A stretch of 64,000 bases of DNA, taken from Bacteroidales bacterium. GTDB lineage: Bacteria > Bacteroidota > Bacteroidia > Bacteroidales > F082. Positions 26,880 through 36,869 of this stretch are shown here, piece by piece. The notes beneath the pieces are model-generated. The model searched no databases. It had not been told where the DNA came from and saw nothing but the letters and a program-made list of their open reading frames with translations. The stretch is taken from the NCBI GenBank assembly GCA_017537965.1, contig JAFYJV010000021.1, positions 2,132 to 66,131 of the forward strand. Direction: 5' to 3'. How positions within the stretch are numbered: position 1 is the first letter of the stretch; every line of letters starts with the position of its first letter. The position numbers and the translations under genes are program-made.

Positions 26880-27668
26880 ATGAATATAATAAATAAAAAA
26901 TGGCTGTTTCTTGCCATCATCATGACCTTTCTTATGGGCCATAGCAATGCACAAATGAGCCACGCCACACCCCTTTCGGGCAAGCAACTGACACAGGAAT
27001 TCATCCAGCAAAACCTATGCTATCCTGAAAAAGCATTGGAAAGCAACAGCAGCGGTGATGTCGTGGTCGGTTTCCATGTTGATGCCGAAGGAAACGCTAG
27101 CGGACACTATGTGAAGTCCTCTTTCAGCGAGGAAGCCAACCCCATCGCACTCGACCTGGTACGCAAGATCCGTTGGGCTCCTGCGACCCAGAACATGAGT
27201 CCCGTGGACAGTGACATGGAATACACTGTGGAGTTCCGCACCCGCGCCTACCGTCGTTACTGGAAGAAACACCAACGTGTCGTCATGCCATTGACACTCG
27301 ATTTCGACACAAGCTATGCCATCTACGAAACCCGACAGCTTGAAGAGATGGCCAAGCCTTATTTCGAAGAGGGCGGCAACATGGCCCACTACCTTCTCTC
27401 CAACCTGAAATATCCAGAGTCGGCACGTGCCGCTGAGATCTCCGGAACGGTGCGCTTGAGTTTTGTTGTGGAGACCGACGGCAGCGTCTCCAACATCCTC
27501 ATCGACCAGTCGGTGGGCGGTGGCTGTGACAACGAAGCGGTAAGGCTCCTGCAAGAGACGCATTGGATCCCCGCCGTGAAAAACGGGAAATACGTCCGAA
27601 GCCATAACCTTCAGGACATCACTTTCAACATCGGGACAAGAAACTATCAGGATGGGAATGCGTATTAG
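26880..27668 (+). CDS. Protein with two TonB C-terminal-like domains
   Basis: Signal peptide and two YPExAxxxxxxGxVxxxFxVxxDG segments. Confidence 0.7.
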   Translation: MNIINKKWLFLAIIMTFLMGHSNAQMSHATPLSGKQLTQEFIQQNLCYPEKALESNSSGDVVVGFHVDAEGNASGHYVKSSFSEEANPIALDLVRKIRWAPATQNMSPVDSDMEYTVEFRTRAYRRYWKKHQRVVMPLTLDFDTSYAIYETRQLEEMAKPYFEEGGNMAHYLLSNLKYPESARAAEISGTVRLSFVVETDGSVSNILIDQSVGGGCDNEAVRLLQETHWIPAVKNGKYVRSHNLQDITFNIGTRNYQDGNAY

Positions 27669-27673
27669 GAGCT

Positions 27674-27729
27674 TAGAAGTAAGAAGTAAGAAGTAAGAAG
27701 TTAGAAGTAAGAAGTAAGAAGATAGAATT
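27674..27729. repeat. Heptamer tract (AGAAGTA-type, 8 units)
   Basis: AGAAGTA x3, AGAAGTT, AGAAGTA x2, AGAAGAT, AGAATTT. It begins 6 nt after the stop codon. Confidence 0.9.
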
Positions 27730-27737
27730 TTAATACA

Positions 27738-28673
27738 ATGAATATGAAAAAGAAATTATTATTCGTGTTGGTGCTGCTGATAAGTATCGGCGCCATGGCA
27801 CAAGAGACCGTATCGGACACTTCGTATTGGACCAAAAAAGGTAATGTCGGACTGAACTTTGCACAAAGTTCCTACACCAACTGGGCTGCAGGAGGACAGA
27901 ACGCACTTAACTGGTTGGGTAGTTTCAACTATTCCATCAACTACGCCAAAGACAAGTTCAAGTGGGACAACACCCTGAACACTGCCTTGGGCTACAGCTA
28001 TTTCAATTTCAAGCAGAAACCCATCAAGACCGACGACAAGATCGAATTTACCTCACTGGCCGGTCTCAAAGCCGCCGAGCACCTGAACTACAGCTTGGAA
28101 CTTGCCTTCCGCTCGCAGTTCGCCTACGGATTCGACTATACTGTTGACTCCACGAGATACACCTCCAAATTCCTGGCTCCCGCTTACCTTAGCCTGGGTC
28201 TCGGTGTCGAGTGGACGCCAAACGAGCATTTCTCCATTAACTTCGCACCCCTCACTGGAAGACTGACCATTGTCAACGACGAGTATTTGGCATCCATTGG
28301 CGCTTTTGGAGTCAACTCCCTCGACTCCAACGATCCAAACCATCACGTCGCCAACGAAAAGGTTCGTTTCGAGTTCGGCGCACGCCTCACCGCCAAGATG
28401 AAGTACTCGCTCATGCAAAACGTAGATTACGAGTCAAAACTGGAACTCTTCTCCAACTATCTCCACCATCCCGAGCGCGTGGATGTTGACTGGCAGAACC
28501 TCCTGGTGATGAAAGTCAACACATGGCTCAACTGCAGCATCGGCACCCACCTCATCTATGACTATGACATCCCGTTCTACGACATCAACGCCGCTGGAGA
28601 GTCCATCCTCGACCCGAACTCCAAGGTACAGTTCAAGGAGGTATTGAGCGTGGGAATCCTTTTCAATTTATAA
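27738..28673 (+). CDS. DUF3078 outer-membrane beta-barrel protein
   Basis: Signal peptide and the NFAQSSYTNWAAGG motif typical of DUF3078. Confidence 0.8.
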   Translation: MNMKKKLLFVLVLLISIGAMAQETVSDTSYWTKKGNVGLNFAQSSYTNWAAGGQNALNWLGSFNYSINYAKDKFKWDNTLNTALGYSYFNFKQKPIKTDDKIEFTSLAGLKAAEHLNYSLELAFRSQFAYGFDYTVDSTRYTSKFLAPAYLSLGLGVEWTPNEHFSINFAPLTGRLTIVNDEYLASIGAFGVNSLDSNDPNHHVANEKVRFEFGARLTAKMKYSLMQNVDYESKLELFSNYLHHPERVDVDWQNLLVMKVNTWLNCSIGTHLIYDYDIPFYDINAAGESILDPNSKVQFKEVLSVGILFNL

Positions 28674-28689
28674 GAAAAGTCGATGTCCC

Positions 28690-29190
28690 ATGAAAAGGAT
28701 TGGGGTCATATCGGACACACACGGGACCATCATTCCCCAGGTCTTTAGTTTTTTCAAGGATGTTGACGAGATCTGGCATTGTGGCGATATTGGCAACATA
28801 GAGACCGCTGAACAGCTCGAAGCCTTCAAGCCGCTTCGAGCTGTTCACGGCAACATCGACGACCACATCGTCAGGCTTCAATATCCAGAAGACTTGTTTT
28901 TCCAAGTAGAAGACATGCAAGTGTACATGACCCATATCGGAGGTTATCCCGGACACTACCTCCCAGAAGTGCGCTACATCCTTGAAGAGAAGAAGCCCCA
29001 GCTCTTCGTATGCGGCCACTCACATATCCTGAAAGTGATCTACGACCACAAGCTGAACCTGCTGCACATCAATCCCGGTGCCGCTGGAAAGTCGGGATTC
29101 CATAAGATGATCACCATGGTGCGTTTCACCATCGACGGGAAAGAATGCAAGGATATGGAAATATTTGAAAAGGTAAAAGCTAGCAACTAA
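28690..29190 (+). CDS. Metallophosphoesterase, YfcE/MJ0936 family
   Basis: DTHG, GDIG, GNID and GHSH motifs. Confidence 0.85.
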   Translation: MKRIGVISDTHGTIIPQVFSFFKDVDEIWHCGDIGNIETAEQLEAFKPLRAVHGNIDDHIVRLQYPEDLFFQVEDMQVYMTHIGGYPGHYLPEVRYILEEKKPQLFVCGHSHILKVIYDHKLNLLHINPGAAGKSGFHKMITMVRFTIDGKECKDMEIFEKVKASN

Positions 29191-29214
29191 GCGTTAGCTC
29201 ACGACATCCTTTTT

Positions 29215-29721
29215 CTATCTAAGCCGATCAACGGATTTCACTTTTTTGATGTCTTTACGTAAACCTGCAGACGCTAACAACATCATAATCAATCCTAAAA
29301 GAGAAAAGAACGCGCCCCATGAAGGCCATGCAAACGATGGAATAATGGCCAATGGCGAACCCGTCTTCATCACATAATAGATAAAAATGGTGGCAATGAG
29401 GACCACTGCCAACGCGATGTTGATCCGAGAGAGCTTGAACAGTTTCACAAACTGATTCAGCTTCACAGCCCTGAATATCGCCATGCTGAGGTAGAAGTTG
29501 ATGAGAATGACCGCCACCGTGAGAATCAACAGGGGCAAGGTATAGATAGCGCTAAACGACAACTCTAAATTTGGAGCTATAGAGACAATGTTGACCCCAT
29601 GGACGAAAAGCTTGTAATAAGTGCCGTACTCATCGAGATAAGAAGCCAGTGGCATGAAAAACAACAGGCCAAAGACGATGGCCGACAAGAAAAACAGGAT
29701 GGATTGCGCTCTTTGTTTCAT
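29215..29721 (-). CDS. Small multi-TM membrane protein (DUF4293-like)
   Basis: Four to five hydrophobic segments. Family assignment is from memory only. Confidence 0.6.
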   Translation of the reverse strand: MKQRAQSILFFLSAIVFGLLFFMPLASYLDEYGTYYKLFVHGVNIVSIAPNLELSFSAIYTLPLLILTVAVILINFYLSMAIFRAVKLNQFVKLFKLSRINIALAVVLIATIFIYYVMKTGSPLAIIPSFAWPSWGAFFSLLGLIMMLLASAGLRKDIKKVKSVDRLR

Positions 29722-29805
29722 GATTTGTCACGTTTGATTTGGAGGTGCAAAGATATAAAAATAAAGAAAGTCGCAAAAAAAACTTGCACATTTGAAAAAA
29801 ATCCC

Positions 29806-29813
29806 TATTTTTG
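29806..29813 (+). promoter_or_regulatory. Candidate -7 box (TATTTTTG) for rho
   Basis: TAnnTTTG lies about 112 nt upstream of the rho ATG, which implies a long leader. Confidence 0.4.
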
Positions 29814-29931
29814 CATCGCTTTTGAAAGGAAAAACCAAACTGAGTTGTATCATCGCTTTCCAAAAGCAGTTCCCATCACACATTGTTCCATTTATCATCC
29901 AATCCATTTTTCCCATAACTTTTAATTTCTT

Positions 29932-31923
29932 ATGTACAACATTTATGAACTGAATGACAAGACCTTGGAAGATCTGAAAATGATCGCCATCGAGCTTGGA
30001 ATTGATGACGAGGGTAGAAACAAGCAACAACTGATCTACGACATCATCGACCATCAAGTTGAACATCCAGAAGCCGTCAAGAAAAACCCTAAAAAGAGCG
30101 TCCCCGACAACAAGGAATCCAAAGACACTCAGGAAACCGGCCCCAAGAAAAGAGGTAGGAAACGTAAAACGGAAGTGACAGAGACAGTGGAACCCGTAGT
30201 CAAGACAGAACCCAACGACAGCCACGAAAGCGAGAAGCCTGCTACAGCCAAGGAACAGCGTCAACCACGAAAGAAAGCGCAGAACAAGAAAGAAGCGCAG
30301 ACTCCCACACAAGAAACGCTGCCCTTCCCTCCTATCGAAGCACAGGAAACGCAAACTAATATCGAAACGGAACCCAAAAAACGGGAAAAACGCCCAAGGA
30401 TAGCGCGTGACAACAAATCGGAAAACCCTGCCGGATCCAGCAATTTCCAGCCAGAAAACAAGACGGAAATCACAAGGAGTTTCCCTCAAGAAAAAGCCGA
30501 ACAACAGCCCAAGGAACCCGTGATGCCCAAAGAGCCCATGACACCTAAAGAGCCTGTTGCTCTCAAGGAACCTAGAGAGGCCAAAGAGCCCCAACAGGCA
30601 AAAGAACAATCTGAGTCTTGGGCCCAAAAAGAGCATCGCGACAGGGACCATCATCAAAAGCCCAACGGACAGAATAACCAGAATGGGCAGAACAACCAGA
30701 ATGGGCAGAACAACCAGAATGGACAAAACAACCAAAACGGACAAAAGGAGCAACCCAATCCCGAGAAGCAGGAAAGGATACGCCGTGACGAGATCCTCAA
30801 CGAGTTTGACAGCGTAGTGGAAGCCGAGGGTGTACTGGAGATCATGCCTGAAGGCTTCGGTTTCCTGCGTTCTTCCGACTACAACTACCTCTCCTCTCCC
30901 GATGACATCTACGTCTCCACCTCACAGATCAAGCTGTTCGGCTTGAAGACCGGTGACACTGTACTCGGTGCCATCCGTCCCCCGAAGAGCGGCGAAAAAT
31001 TCTTCCCGCTGGTGCGAGTGGATTACATCAACGGTCGTCGTCCAGAGGAAGTGCGCGACCGCATCCCGTTCGACTTCCTGACCCCATTGTTCCCCAATGA
31101 GAAATTCACCATCACAGGCCATAAGGGCGGCACCATCTCGACCCGTATCATGGACATGTTCGCCCCTATTGGCAAGGGCCAACGTGGTTTGATCGTGGCA
31201 CAGCCCAAGACAGGTAAAACAGTCCTATTAAAAGAGGTGGCCAACGCCATCGCTGCCAACCATCCCGAGGTGTATCTCATCATCCTGCTTATCGACGAAC
31301 GTCCCGAGGAAGTCACCGACATGCAGCGCAGCGTCAATGCGGAGGTCATCGCCTCCACTTTCGACGAGCCTGCTTCGAAGCACGTTCAGATCGCAAACAT
31401 CGTGCTGGAGAAAGCCAAACGTCTCACCGAGTGCGGCCACGACGTGGTCATCCTGCTCGACTCCATCACCCGATTGGCGCGCGCCTACAACACCGTCTCG
31501 CCTGCCTCCGGCAAGGTGCTCACCGGTGGTGTGGAGGCCAACGCCCTCCAGAAGCCCAAACGCTTCTTCGGCGCCGCCCGTAAGATCGAGAACGGCGGCT
31601 CGCTGACCATCTTGGCCACCGCCTTGATCGACACCGGATCCAAGATGGACGAAGTCATCTTCGAGGAGTTCAAGGGTACCGGCAACATGGAACTCCAGCT
31701 CGACCGCCGTTTGTCCAACAAGCGCATCTTCCCCGCCATCGACATCGTGGCATCAGGCACCCGCCGCGACGACCTGTTGGTGGACGAGACCACCCTTGCC
31801 CGCGTCTGGGCATTACGCACCCATTTCGCCGACATGACCCCCGTTGAAGCCATGGAGTTCCTGAAGGATCGCGTGGCAAAGACCATCAGCAACGAGGAAT
31901 TCCTCATGAGCCTCGACAAATAG
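29932..31923 (+). CDS. rho: Transcription termination factor Rho with a disordered insert of about 240 aa
   Basis: Rho_N helix bundle ([19 protein letters not shown]), a low-complexity K/E/P/Q/N region, the CSD RNA-binding domain (GFGFLR), Walker A AQPKTGKT and the C-terminal RecA-like core. Confidence 0.95.
   Translation: MYNIYELNDKTLEDLKMIAIELGIDDEGRNKQQLIYDIIDHQVEHPEAVKKNPKKSVPDNKESKDTQETGPKKRGRKRKTEVTETVEPVVKTEPNDSHESEKPATAKEQRQPRKKAQNKKEAQTPTQETLPFPPIEAQETQTNIETEPKKREKRPRIARDNKSENPAGSSNFQPENKTEITRSFPQEKAEQQPKEPVMPKEPMTPKEPVALKEPREAKEPQQAKEQSESWAQKEHRDRDHHQKPNGQNNQNGQNNQNGQNNQNGQNNQNGQKEQPNPEKQERIRRDEILNEFDSVVEAEGVLEIMPEGFGFLRSSDYNYLSSPDDIYVSTSQIKLFGLKTGDTVLGAIRPPKSGEKFFPLVRVDYINGRRPEEVRDRIPFDFLTPLFPNEKFTITGHKGGTISTRIMDMFAPIGKGQRGLIVAQPKTGKTVLLKEVANAIAANHPEVYLIILLIDERPEEVTDMQRSVNAEVIASTFDEPASKHVQIANIVLEKAKRLTECGHDVVILLDSITRLARAYNTVSPASGKVLTGGVEANALQKPKRFFGAARKIENGGSLTILATALIDTGSKMDEVIFEEFKGTGNMELQLDRRLSNKRIFPAIDIVASGTRRDDLLVDETTLARVWALRTHFADMTPVEAMEFLKDRVAKTISNEEFLMSLDK
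30664..30750 (+). repeat. In-frame 18-bp tandem repeat encoding (NGQNNQ)n inside rho
   Basis: AACGGACAGAATAACCAG, AATGGGCAGAACAACCAG x2, AATGGACAAAACAACCAA and a partial fifth unit. Confidence 0.9.
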
Positions 31924-31925
31924 TC

Positions 31926-32528
31926 ATGAAAAAACTAATTACGCTGCTGGCTGTATTCCTTTTTTCCATACAGCTTCAAGCACAGAATATTGCCCTGCTG
32001 AACAGCATCAAAGCCACCAATGGCAAAATCAAGACCTTTGAGGCCGATCTGGCGAACACTTTGGTAAAACCCAAGAAGACCACTTCACAAGAAGGCAAGC
32101 TTTATTTCGTCGCTCCCAAAGAATTCGCCGCGATCTTCACTACGGGAAAATACATGATTGTCAACGCCCAAAAGATCAACATGAACATCGGGCTTTTCGA
32201 CGGCACCTTCAAGCTCAAGGAAGGAGGCATGATGCAATCGCTTAGCAACATCTTCCTATATGGTTTCCAAGGCAAAGTCCAGGATTTGGCCGATGAAAAC
32301 GGTTACAGCCTCACGACAAAAACCGAAGAAGGTTTCCATATCATTACCGGGACCATCAAGAAAAAGAAACTGATCGGCATTGGCTACAAGCAGGTGGTTT
32401 TCAAATACCATACCGACAGCCTGCTGCTCAAGGAGATTGTCTTGTTCGACTACAGCGGCAACATGGATGTCTATACCATCTCAAACGTCAAATACGACGT
32501 GACGGTGGATCCGAACATATTTAATTAA
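31926..32528 (+). CDS. LolA-like outer-membrane lipoprotein carrier/sorting protein
   Basis: Signal peptide and size/sequence pattern of the LolA-like fold. Weakly supported. Confidence 0.55.
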   Translation: MKKLITLLAVFLFSIQLQAQNIALLNSIKATNGKIKTFEADLANTLVKPKKTTSQEGKLYFVAPKEFAAIFTTGKYMIVNAQKINMNIGLFDGTFKLKEGGMMQSLSNIFLYGFQGKVQDLADENGYSLTTKTEEGFHIITGTIKKKKLIGIGYKQVVFKYHTDSLLLKEIVLFDYSGNMDVYTISNVKYDVTVDPNIFN

Positions 32529-32577
32529 GAATTCAGAATTATGAGAGAGACCGTCAATCTCTAAATTCTAAATTCAA
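32529..32577. repeat. Heptamer-periodic inverted repeat between convergent genes
   Basis: GAATTCA GAATTAT GAGAGAG ... ATCTCTA AATTCTA AATTCAA. The two halves are imperfectly complementary, giving a bidirectional hairpin. Confidence 0.6.
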
Positions 32578-33926
32578 TAGATGCTCTTTAGATCCTCCGT
32601 GGTGAGGCCGTTGAAATCACCCGAACTCATGAAAGCGCCAACGACATTGTGCCGTTGGCCTTTTTGTAAGAGATCCATCAGCTCCACCTTGTTGTGCACC
32701 ACTTTCAAGTCGGGACGGCCAAAGCCTTCCACAATGCGCTCATCCTTCATCAGCTCCAGCTTCTTGATGGCCACGGCATGAGGATCGTAGAACACGATGG
32801 CTTGGTCGGCCAGTTTCAAGGCATCGCGGTAGTGGTCGATGAAGACCTCGCTGAGACTGCTGTAAGTATGCAACTCAAACACCGCCAAGAGATGCTTCTT
32901 GGGAAACTGTTCGCGCAAGGCTTTCACGCTGGCGTTCACCTTCGACGGCGCATGGGCGAAGTCGCGGAAAACGAGATTATCGCCATTTTCGAACAGCAAC
33001 TCCAAACGACGCGCTGCGCCTTTGAAAGAGGCAATGGCATTGTAGAACTGCTCATCCGTCACACCTAACTGACGGCACACCAGTCGTGCCGCATTGATAT
33101 TCTTCATATTGTGGCTGCCAAACACGCCCACTTCTCTCCTGCTACCGTCAGGCAATATCAAGGTTGCCTTTAGTCCATCGCTCTCAAAAGGATGCACGCC
33201 ATAGCCGAAGGTCTTGCATTGGGCACCTTGGGCGATCTTCTCGGCTTCCACATCCGTCTGGTCATAGATCAGACAGCCGCCCGGCTCGATGGTACGCACG
33301 AAGATACGGAACTGCTCCAAGTAGTTATCGAAGGTCGGGAACACGTTGACATGGTCCCAGCCGATGCCGCTGATGACGGCGATATGCGGATGGTAATGGT
33401 GGAACTTCGGCACACGGTCGATGGGCGAAGTGAGGTACTCATCCCCTTCCATCACCATGTATTTGGCCGATTCGCTGAGACGCACCATCACGTCGAAGCC
33501 CTCCAGCTGGGCGCCCACCATGAAATCCGTCTCGATACTCACCTGTTTCAGCACATGCAGGATCATCGAGGTGATGGTCGTCTTGCCATGGCTGCCACCG
33601 ATGACGATACGCGTCTTGTCCTTACTTTGTTCATACAAATACTCAGGATAGGAATACACCTTCAGTCCCAGTTCTTGGGCGCGGACCAACTCAGGGTTGT
33701 CGATACGTGCATGCATACCGAGGATGACCGCATCGTATGTATTGTCAAGCTTCTCGGGATACCATCCCCATTGCGGTGGCAGGATGCCCTCGTTGGCGAG
33801 GCGGCTCTTCGAAGGCTCGAAGATCTCGTCGTCCGAACCCGTGACTTCATAACCCTTGCGATGCAAGGCGATGGCGAGGTTGTGCATGGCACTGCCTCCT
33901 ATGGCAATAAAATGTACCTTTTTCAT
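32574..33926 (-). CDS. mpl: UDP-N-acetylmuramate:L-alanyl-gamma-D-glutamyl-meso-DAP ligase (Mpl, Mur ligase family)
   Basis: MKKVHFIAIGGSAMHNLA N-terminus and the GSHGKTTITS P-loop. Start at 33926; the ORF-track N-terminal extension was rejected. Confidence 0.85.
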   Translation of the reverse strand: MKKVHFIAIGGSAMHNLAIALHRKGYEVTGSDDEIFEPSKSRLANEGILPPQWGWYPEKLDNTYDAVILGMHARIDNPELVRAQELGLKVYSYPEYLYEQSKDKTRIVIGGSHGKTTITSMILHVLKQVSIETDFMVGAQLEGFDVMVRLSESAKYMVMEGDEYLTSPIDRVPKFHHYHPHIAVISGIGWDHVNVFPTFDNYLEQFRIFVRTIEPGGCLIYDQTDVEAEKIAQGAQCKTFGYGVHPFESDGLKATLILPDGSRREVGVFGSHNMKNINAARLVCRQLGVTDEQFYNAIASFKGAARRLELLFENGDNLVFRDFAHAPSKVNASVKALREQFPKKHLLAVFELHTYSSLSEVFIDHYRDALKLADQAIVFYDPHAVAIKKLELMKDERIVEGFGRPDLKVVHNKVELMDLLQKGQRHNVVGAFMSSGDFNGLTTEDLKSIY

Positions 33927-33980
33927 AGATGATCGATTAAGAAGCCGTAAAGGTACGAAATTTTGACGTAATTTTGCACC

Positions 33981-34436
33981 ATGAACGAGAAAGAAGAAAA
34001 ATATCGGCTTCTTTTGAAGCAGGCACAGTCGCTGGTCGAAGACGAGACCAACCTCATCGCCAACATGAGCAACCTCACTTCGTTGATCCATTTCACCTTC
34101 GACTTCTGGTGGACCGGATTCTATTTCGTGGACGGGAAACAGCTGGTTCTTGGCCCCTTCCAAGGTCCGCTAGCATGCACTAGAATTCCCTTTGGAAAAG
34201 GCGTTTGCGGCACGGCTTGGGCGGAAAAGAAAACCCTAGTGGTACCCGATGTGGAGCAGTTTCCGGGACATATCGCGTGCAGCAGTGAATCCCGAAGCGA
34301 GATTGTGGTACCCATCTTCAAGGACGGCGAAGTCTGGGCGGAACTCGACATCGACAGCAAGGAGTTGAATACGTTTGACGAAATCGACAGGCAATGGCTG
34401 GAGCAAATCGTGAAGGTCTTAACCCCAGCATCCTAA
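33981..34436 (+). CDS. msrC: GAF-domain free methionine-(R)-sulfoxide reductase (MsrC/YebR-like)
   Basis: The WTGFYxxxxxxLxLGPFQGxxACxxIxxGxGVCG pattern is typical of fRMsr. Confidence 0.8.
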   Translation: MNEKEEKYRLLLKQAQSLVEDETNLIANMSNLTSLIHFTFDFWWTGFYFVDGKQLVLGPFQGPLACTRIPFGKGVCGTAWAEKKTLVVPDVEQFPGHIACSSESRSEIVVPIFKDGEVWAELDIDSKELNTFDEIDRQWLEQIVKVLTPAS

Positions 34437-35722
34437 GGCTGGCGATCCCCAACATCATCAGCAACATCACCGTGCCTTTGCTAGGGCTGGTGGACATGAT
34501 TCTGATGGGACATTTGGACTCGGTGGCATATATCGGCGCCATCGGTTTGGGTGGCACCATCTTCAGTGTGTTGTATTCCATTTTCAGCTTCATGCGAGCC
34601 GGCACTACAGGCTTCACGGCGCAAGCTTACGGCGGCAATGACCATCAGGAAATCTCCTACGCTTTCTATCGTTCTATATGCATTGCCTTGATCGCCACCC
34701 TGCTGGTCCTGTCGTTGCAGCGACCTATTGAATGGATTGCCATGCAGCTGCTTAACGGCAGCTCGGAAGTACTCACCTTCACTTCTGAGTATTACCGCGT
34801 CAGGATCTGGGCGGCACCCGCCGTGTTGAGTCTCTACACCTTCAACGGCTGGTACATCGGCATGCAGAACACCACCATCCCCATGGTCATCGCCATCTTG
34901 ATCAACGTGGTCAACATCGGTTTGAGCGTGCTATTTGTGAATATCTTCTACATGGGTGTCACAGGCGTGGCCTTGGGCACCGTCATCGCGCAATACATCG
35001 GCTTGTTGACCGCCATCATCTTCATGTTGGCGAGATACCGCCAATACCTCATCCCCATTGAGAAGAAGGTGCTCTTGCAAGCCGACAAGCTGAAGCGTTT
35101 CTTCAAGGTCAACGCCGACTTCATGATCCGCAGCATCCTGTTAGTGTTGACCATCGCCTTCTTCACCAACCAAAGCGCCAAGCTCGGAGATGATATCTTG
35201 GCGGTGAACATGATTTTGATGCAGTTCTTCTACATCTTCTCCTATTTCACCGATGGCTTCGCATACGCCGGCGAGGCGTTGGTGGGACGTTTCGTTGGCG
35301 CCAAGGATCCCGTCAACTTGAAGAAAACGGTGAAGTACCTGTTACTTTGGGGTTTGGGCTTGAGCGTTCCTTTCACTTTGTTGTATTGGGCTTTCCCCGA
35401 GACCTTCATCCATTGGATCTCCGACCGTCCCGAAGTGGCTATGCAAGCCCACCCCTACCACATTTATATGATCCTCATCCCCGTGATCACCTTTGCCGCC
35501 TTCATCTGGGACGGCATCTACATCGGTGCCACGGCAGCACGCGGCATCCGCAACACCATGCTCATTGCCTCGGTGGCCGTCTTCCTCCCTGCCTGGTATT
35601 TCCTGACGCCCCTCTATGGCAACCACGGCCTATGGATCGCCTTCCTCCTCTTCATGGTGGCGCGAGGTGTCAGCATGACGCTGATGGCGAGGAAAAGTGT
35701 GTTGTGTCAAACATGTGCATAA
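34394..35722 (+). CDS. MATE family efflux transporter
   Basis: 12-TM protein with the N-terminal ILRLAIPNIISNITVPLLGLVD MATE motif. It overlaps the upstream gene by 43 nt. Confidence 0.85.
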   Translation: MAGANREGLNPSILRLAIPNIISNITVPLLGLVDMILMGHLDSVAYIGAIGLGGTIFSVLYSIFSFMRAGTTGFTAQAYGGNDHQEISYAFYRSICIALIATLLVLSLQRPIEWIAMQLLNGSSEVLTFTSEYYRVRIWAAPAVLSLYTFNGWYIGMQNTTIPMVIAILINVVNIGLSVLFVNIFYMGVTGVALGTVIAQYIGLLTAIIFMLARYRQYLIPIEKKVLLQADKLKRFFKVNADFMIRSILLVLTIAFFTNQSAKLGDDILAVNMILMQFFYIFSYFTDGFAYAGEALVGRFVGAKDPVNLKKTVKYLLLWGLGLSVPFTLLYWAFPETFIHWISDRPEVAMQAHPYHIYMILIPVITFAAFIWDGIYIGATAARGIRNTMLIASVAVFLPAWYFLTPLYGNHGLWIAFLLFMVARGVSMTLMARKSVLCQTCA

Positions 35723-35777
35723 AAAAAATCACAGTTGATTATTACATTTTAAAGAAATGTGCTTATCTTTGCAGCGT

Positions 35778-35880
35778 GAAAAGTTGATGCATGTCTGACA
35801 GGGAGCATTCAACCCACCCAGCGGTCAACTTTCTCATCCCATAAAGCCATCTTCTTTTTAGGAGGTGGCTTTCTTGATTT
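35778..35880 (+). ncRNA. Candidate small RNA (promoter box plus stem-loops plus terminal hairpin)
   Basis: TATCTTTG box at 35764-35771. A GAAAAGTTGA...TCAACTTTC outer stem encloses a CTG-GGG...CCC-CAG hairpin. A second hairpin AAGCCATC/GGTGGCTT at 35844-35871 is followed by a T-rich tail. No plus-strand ORF lies downstream. Confidence 0.25.
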
Positions 35881-36283
35881 CAGTGGTAATTGAATGAAGA
35901 TTTGTGCGGCGTCTTTGCCTATCTTCTCTAAAGTTCAAAAAAAGAGTTCGCCCATTGATATCAATTTGATAATAATGGAATAACACATTCCTAACATACT
36001 TCTTTGTATCTTTTTCAGTTTTAACAAACACCGCTTTAGAAAAATAATCAGGTAAAGCAGGCAGATCGCTAATGTAAAGTACTCCTTTAGCCCTATGAAG
36101 AGCATCGTCAACCAGATGTTCTATGTCTTTATCGGTTACTTTGAACTTGAGCCTCTTTCCCTGATTGTTGGTAACAAAATGAGTTTGCGACATCAATTGC
36201 GAACTACGTGCCTTCACATGATCCTCAATCTCGGTTTGAGTCATGTTATTATATCGCCAATCGGGATTATAAGCTTCGTTCAT
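35858..36283 (-). CDS. Hypothetical protein, 141 aa
   Basis: Clean ORF in an AT-rich stretch. No family recognised with confidence. Confidence 0.65.
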   Translation of the reverse strand: MNEAYNPDWRYNNMTQTEIEDHVKARSSQLMSQTHFVTNNQGKRLKFKVTDKDIEHLVDDALHRAKGVLYISDLPALPDYFSKAVFVKTEKDTKKYVRNVLFHYYQIDINGRTLFLNFREDRQRRRTNLHSITTEIKKATS

Positions 36284-36596
36284 TTTTTCAAATTTCGAAG
36301 CAAATATATAACAAAAAATTATATTTTGATATTCACAACGAAAATATTGTTAATAATATTTTCTTTTCGTTAATATATTTCAAAATTAACACAGACGCAA
36401 TTCACGCATTCGCGTTAACACTCCGCCATCCTTCTCGACGGCAGAATCCTATTCACTACAACATAATCCCCGTCAATATGAAAGACTTCTGTCCAACGGT
36501 GATTCATGATGGATAGCGTTTTGGCTTGGGGATGGATTTCTTGGGCGGTACGATATCGACTATACCGAATGGATCCCGCACAGTTCCGCAAAGAAT

Positions 36597-36869
36597 TCAA
36601 GGTAACTCCGCATACCGTTCCTTTATTTCCTTCTGAAGCAACTTGTCGAATTCTTCCAATGACATACAACCTTCAGGAATTGGATGGCGTGCATGTTCCA
36701 ATCTATCCTCAGCATAGAACGACTCTAATTCCTCACGTAATTGGACAAAGCATTCCTCATTGTCCAAATCATGTTCATCTTCGTCAATAATAGGGTTTGC
36801 CAAATAATCCACTTCCGGTTCCTTGGCAACGTTTTCGTCCTTTTCTTCCTGTTTGTATTCTTCCGTCAT
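36597..36869 (-). CDS. Hypothetical acidic protein, 90 aa
   Basis: ORF with strongly acidic composition. No family recognised. Confidence 0.5.
   Translation of the reverse strand: MTEEYKQEEKDENVAKEPEVDYLANPIIDEDEHDLDNEECFVQLREELESFYAEDRLEHARHPIPEGCMSLEEFDKLLQKEIKERYAELP

Noticed and set aside
29728-30753. 341-aa minus-strand ORF rich in L/F/R
   Set aside because: It is antisense to the low-complexity region of rho. Its composition mirrors the K/E/P codons of the real gene.
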